DNA of 63,970 nucleotides, filler included, from Polymyxa betae A26-41 (Eukaryota; Protista; Endomyxa: Phytomyxea): NCBI GenBank assembly GCA_003693705.1. It is 9 parts of 9 records of this genome, joined end to end, with 100 filler letters (N's around TTAATTAATTAA, not from the genome) between each part and the next. Parts side by side here need not be neighbours in the genome. Positions count along the whole stretch, not along the records: positions 58,596 to 60,765 come from RBZT01000368.1; positions 60,866 to 63,970 come from RBZT01000898.1; 7 more parts are not named here. One strand, 5' to 3'. Shown piece by piece: positions 58,853 to 63,970 of this stretch (position 1 is its first letter; each line of letters starts with the position of its first letter). The notes under the pieces were generated by a model. It saw only the letters and a program-made list of their open reading frames with translations, ran no database searches and was not told where the DNA came from. The position numbers and the translations under genes were made by a program.

Positions 58853-60184
58853 AGCGGCCACCTAGGCTATCAGGCTGCTACGCAGAAACTTTCGCAGTGT
58901 TTGTACTGGCAAAACTGCGCAGAAGACATGCGCACTTTATGTAACTCGTGTTTACATTGCCTACCAACAAGAGTGGGAAAACGTATTCCTAGGCCGCTAG
59001 GTACACAAATTCACGCATCCAAATGCAATAAAGTGATCGATATGGACTGGATTTATGTATGGCCAACGAAGAAAAACGGGATTCACGAATATCAGTGGAA
59101 CCTGATTTTGCGCGACGACCTTTCGGGCCTCGTGAAGATAACACCCGCAAAGATCCCTGATACAGAAGTCACGGTCGACGCACTGATGGAATGGCGCGCG
59201 TTGTTTGGGACCCCGGAGATATTGGTCTCAGACATGGCGTCGTACTTTGTGTCCGAAACCATGAAGAAATTTGCGCTGAAGTGTAATGTTACACAGCATC
59301 TCAGTACAGCATACGGGCACAATAATAACGGAAGCATCGAAGTGGTGACTAAGTGCTATCTATCGCTGATGAGAGCACTGCTTTCCGAGTTACGTTGGGA
59401 CAAGGAATACTGGCCCTGGCTGAATTCCAACGTTGAGCATACGTTGAATCATAGACCGCAGAGCCGACTCAACGGAAACGCTCCCATAACAGTGATGACT
59501 GGCTTACAGCCAGATAACCCATTAGAAGAAATTTTCAAAAATCCAAAAAATCTTAATTTTATTAAAATAAGAATGTCGAAAGACCAGATTCAAAAACTGG
59601 TAGATGACCTTGAAAATGCGTTAGAAAAACTGCATAAAGAAGTAGAAGAAACGTCTCGGAAGCAACGAGATGCGAAGAAAAGGACCGCAAACAAATACCG
59701 AAGAGAGCCGAATTTCGGTATCGGCGATTACGTGTTAGTTGGCATAGCGGAGCCCGCTAAAATGTCCGGACGCAAACTTTTCTTAAAGTGGCGCGGCCCG
59801 TACCGAATAGTCGCTACAGAAGACCACTACATATTCGAAGTCGAAAACATCGTGGATTCGCGCAGAAAGTGGATTCACGGAGACAGGATACGATTCTACG
59901 CAAATGACAAACTTAACGTTACCGAAGAGATAAAATGTCAGTTTGCACATGATAACGAAAGTTATCAAGTTGAAGACCTTAAAGGATGCCGTCTGAATGC
60001 AGACAGCAACCAGTTAGAATTTTTAGTCGAATGGAGAGGTTTCTCACATGACGAAGACTCGTGGGAGCCACTTAAGACTCTATATGAAGATATTCCTGCG
60101 AAAGTAGAGAAATATATTAAAAAGTTAAAGTTAGAAGGCCACGAACTGGCAGAAGAAGCAGCTGGGTTTTGGAAATCCAATTGA
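58853..60184 (+). mobile_element. Gypsy integrase and chromodomain (uninterrupted ORF)
   Basis: CLHC, DMDWIY, LVSDMASYF, NGSIE, WRGPY, FLVEWRGF..DSWEP; close paralog of 35724-37355. Confidence 0.95.
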
Positions 60185-60715
60185 AAGTCAATAAATAAAT
60201 TCATGCTTTTATCCCACTGGGTTTTAATGCGGATTATTTATGTAGACAAGTAAAGAATGGATAAATAGATGAGGTCCAGAAAAAATTGAAGATTGACCAA
60301 TTGTTATAAAAATAATTATTTTTGTATATAGAGAAAGAAGAAAGATGATGAAGGCTAGCCCGAAGATAGACGGCAGAAGACCGATGACTGTAGATTGAAG
60401 ACAGATGACTGATGACAGAAGACAGACGACCAGAGGACGGAAGGCTGAAGACTAGATGATCGAAGACATGAATGAAAACAGACATTGACGAAACCCTAAA
60501 ACCCTAAACCCTAACTGTGAAATTTAGGTACTGTATAAGAACGATTCAAGAGCCAGACGAGTTTTTCGAAGAGAGGAGTGTGTCAATATTTGCAGAATAT
60601 TTCCAGAAAAAGACCCTTATTTTATTATATATATAAACGGCCCTATATTCAGGACGACTCCGCCACGGACTCAAATGGACTCCGTGACGGAAAAACCGGA
60701 CTGGAAATGGGAGCT
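60185..60715 (+). mobile_element. 3' terminal (LTR-like) region of the gypsy element with (CCCTAAA)n at 60491-60514
   Basis: Follows the integrase stop; homologous to 57660-58183. Confidence 0.7.
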
Positions 60716-61818
60716 GGAATACAGAATTCATTTTAGCCCCAAATCACGAAGATCTGAACCCGTAGNNNNNNNNNNNNNNNNNNNNNNNNNNNNNNNNNNN
60801 NNNNNNNNNTTAATTAATTAANNNNNNNNNNNNNNNNNNNNNNNNNNNNNNNNNNNNNNNNNNNNCTGACGCTTTGCTCATCCCAAAAACTCCAGCTGAG
60901 TCAACCACAGATCCTGAATGCGTTAAGTAATGCAGACAAACTGCGACACGATCACGATGGAAGAACCGAGCGTTATGAACGATGACAGAATTGACTGTAT
61001 CCCAAGCGATTGTGATGTATCCGACAATTTTATCAAAAGACGACTTGTTACAACGGAACTGATTCCGAAACCATCATTCGTCGAACCATACGTTTGCATC
61101 GGCTATGGGAAATTGTGAGTCGGGAATCGCCCATCAACTGATGCAGGCCGTCTGGACGAGCGGTCATCCCAAGAAATATCAGACGCCGACAGGACAGCCG
61201 TAGTGAGAAAGCTGGTCAATTTAATTTGGACAGCAGCGCCCAAAGCGCCGATCAAACTCGCCAATTCGTGGTCAGATAGGTTCATGATTGGCGAAGAAAT
61301 GCCGCTATTTATGAGAAATGGACCCTCTGAGGGTCCATGAAATAATAGCGCAAAAATAGCGCCCGGAATTTCGGGGGTCGAAATCTGATTGGCTCGATTG
61401 AAAAACAGCGGTACCGCGTTTTTTCTTGAACCAGTCTCTTACCAATAATTTCTATGGGGTGACCGACGCCCTTATGACGACTCATCGGTGGCTGCAATGC
61501 TGAAGATTCGATTGCCGAATTTGATGTCCCGAAATCATCGCATCTTTCAATTCGTTAAGCAAACGATTACACTTAATCATTGCCAGCTTACAGCGATGGT
61601 CGTTCTTGTTAGACCCTTTCTCAACAAATTGCTACAAACCGGGTCCAGATTCTGATAGCGTTTTTGCTGCGATGTTGGATAAGCAATTTGCTGATATAAT
61701 TCCAGATCAACATAGCTACCCGTCCTATCTAACAATCATCAACTGGGGATGCATTTTTATTAACTTAGCTTGTTAAAGCACTCGAAGGTCCGTCTACAGA
61801 TTAGTAGAATGAATACAT

Positions 61819-61965
61819 TAGGGGGTATCAAAGTTTGCGTTAGATGCGAATCTCCGTGGCCCGAATCTTATTTTAGATTCACCTATTTGAGGTGAATCTA
61901 ATAGGAGATTCAACCACGGAGATTCGAATCTAAAATTACGCCAATACCTAATTTTGATACCCCTA
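61819..61965. mobile_element. Foldback MITE (147 bp)
   Basis: TAGGGG(G)TATCAAA ... TTTGATACCCCTA termini; inner pairs gaatctccgtgg/ccacggagattc and agattcacct/aggtgaatct. Confidence 0.85.
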
Positions 61966-62047
61966 TTATCTTGTATCTATACAGATATCAATCAAAAGGC
62001 ACTGTAGTCAGCTACAGTAAGAAAGAAAGTGCAGAAGATAATACAGT

Positions 62048-62450
62048 TTATGACACTTCCCCGGAAGCTTGATGTGTTGTCGGCATGACAATCGGGGTTC
62101 GTAGATACTCGAAATTCTCCTTGGCCAAAGGTTTCGTTAAGATGTCAGCAATCATATGATCGCCAGGACAATATATAATGTTGGCATTATTGTCTTCTAC
62201 AGCTTCGCGAACGAAATGATGGCGAATATGAAGATGCTTCGTTCTCGATGAATGAGATTGCATATATTTTGATGATGGTACTCTGACTATCCTAATAAAC
62301 AACAATTGCTTTCTTAGGGACACTATCAGAGGAATGAAACTTCGCCGCGACTTCATCTCGTAGATTAGCAATGCAATGGAAATAGCTTCACGAGCAGTAT
62401 CTGTGAGAGTTACAGATTCGGATTCTCCACTTGAAAGTGTGATTAGCGGT
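62048..62450 (-). mobile_element. Ty1/copia RNase H remnant with PPT
   Basis: RTKHLHIRHHFVREAVE...MIADILTKPL; GGGGAAG then TGTCA. Confidence 0.9.
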
Positions 62451-62459
62451 TGCTTATAC

Positions 62460-63970
62460 GATCTTCAATAAGTCGGACCAGTTCCAATATGTACTGCGAA
62501 ACCGCCGCGTGAGCGACCATCACGTTCGGCCCTCCTATGTGTCTCAACAGGCAATTGTGGAGTTCGAAAATGCATCCGCTTATCAAGACTTTTGGTTCTT
62601 GTTGAACAAGTTCGATTGGACACAAAGGTATCATAAGAGCATCTCCACCGCGACCCAAAATTTCCAGTGATCGTCACAGGAAAGGAAAAACTAATCGGCC
62701 ATCGCGGCGACCCAAACCCAAATATTTGGTTTTGTGACTGGCAGCGAGCCCTTTTCTCTTGGATTTGGGTGTCTACGACCCTTTTTGTTGTATAAATACA
62801 ATACGATGTCTAATTCTACTTCTACTGCTCGCCCTAGTGTTTGAGGTCCTTTCCATTAAGGGCTCTTGTTTAGTTCGGGTGTTGTTTGATTCCGCTCGCT
62901 GCGGTGCCACATGACTTGCAGTGAATACCCGAGAGTTTTCGCTGCAGAAACAAGAATGCATCAGTTCTCAATTTGGTGATGGATTTCTCCGCTGCAGGGA
63001 AGTTTCCGTATTTTGTCATGCTCTCAATGTACGCGAATTCCAGCTTGTCACGGGTTGAGAAGACCTTGAAGATGAGAGCGTTACAATCTTTCATGATTTC
63101 GTCACCTTGTTCGCCGCCCCTGCCAGATTTTGCTGACATAAGAGGCGTCCGATAATGTTGAACACAGAGAATATGGTGCATGACACATTCTTGAGCAACC
63201 ATAACATCTGCAAAAGCCCCGTTGTTCATTAATGTGGCTGCTTCCCGATCACATTTGAAAGCTGTCAGTCCACGAAGTGCAAAATTCTGGTTCTCAGAGT
63301 CCGCAAACACAAATCTGCTCATAGCTGATCTATCAAGACAGTCACATTTGTCATGACGTCAAGTTCAAGATCATAGGGTGTAACCAAAAAGGTGCCGTCG
63401 AGAATGGTGAAATCGCAGTATGTCGATCATATTTTGGCCATTGATAAAGTTTGCATAAGACCTTCGTTGATGCGCATAGATTCATCAAATTGGCATCTAA
63501 AGATACCCCCTTAAGAACAAAGTGATCTTCCAAGGTCCAAAACAGATTGATGGCATCCGAATCGTTTCCATACAATAATGTCTTTACCTTTTCTCACCAT
63601 TCGCTGAATCAAAGAAGACCAACAGTCTCTTTTAGGGAAGTGCGCTTTAAGGCAGCGTCGAATCGTTGCTCCTCGCATTGAAGGGAGGATATCTGTCATG
63701 TACGTGCTCTCTTCAGCAGTTAATTCAGCTTCACCCTGGACAAAGCGAATGCCATTCACGACAGATGGCTGTCGAATTCCATGGTTGTGCTCCAAGTTGT
63801 TTTGAACGGTTCTGTGCGAACGTGACATCAAAACTGCGGAGAGGGTTGTTTCGCGTGCCTCAAACGCTTTGTTGGTATTGCGTCCAATCCCGAGAGCATA
63901 ACAGACGTCTATACGCGGGGAGGAGAAAAGGCTCACACGACAGACAATCTCGCTGCCACCGCGAGCCAAC
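62460..63970 (-). mobile_element. Mutator-like (MULE) transposase pseudogene
   Basis: FAR1-like LEHNH, SEN, HILCVQH, T..AES.N motifs and a degenerate SWIM-like Cys cluster; frameshifts and stops. Confidence 0.65.

Noticed and set aside
58249-60184. Tyrosine recombinase plus integrase as a hybrid (DIRS-like) element
   Set aside because: Linker 58496-58595 lies between them, so the adjacency is artificial.
4405-60865. Recurring TTAATTAATTAA motif as a biological repeat
   Set aside because: It is always centred in an exactly 100-bp N block, so it is an artificial six-frame-stop linker.

Overview
Eukaryotic, repeat-rich DNA. It has short (about 50 bp) GT-AG introns, mixed TTAGGG/TTTAGGG telomere repeats and signal-peptide genes. 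This is compatible with a phytomyxid/protist plant parasite such as a plasmodiophorid, but the taxon is only an inference. The window is not one locus: eight identical 100-bp N-TTAATTAATTAA-N linkers join nine separate contigs, so adjacency across linkers is meaningless. Most of the sequence is nested, decayed transposons: several Ty1/copia and chromodomain Ty3/gypsy elements, solo LTRs, two PIF/Harbinger-superfamily elements (one complete, with 32-bp TIRs and an AAT TSD), hAT, MULE, Tc1-like MITEs, a piggyBac-like remnant and a Crypton N-terminus. Recognisable host genes are COX17, a degenerate GCN2-like kinase, a secreted P-loop GTPase, a secreted spermidine-synthase-fold methyltransferase, and a GC-rich F-box/ankyrin gene whose reading frame runs into a telomere. 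The most novel-looking element is a multi-exon family with a signal peptide, an NLS and three tandem Cys/His domains. It may be an undescribed nuclear effector family built from a transposon-related domain.
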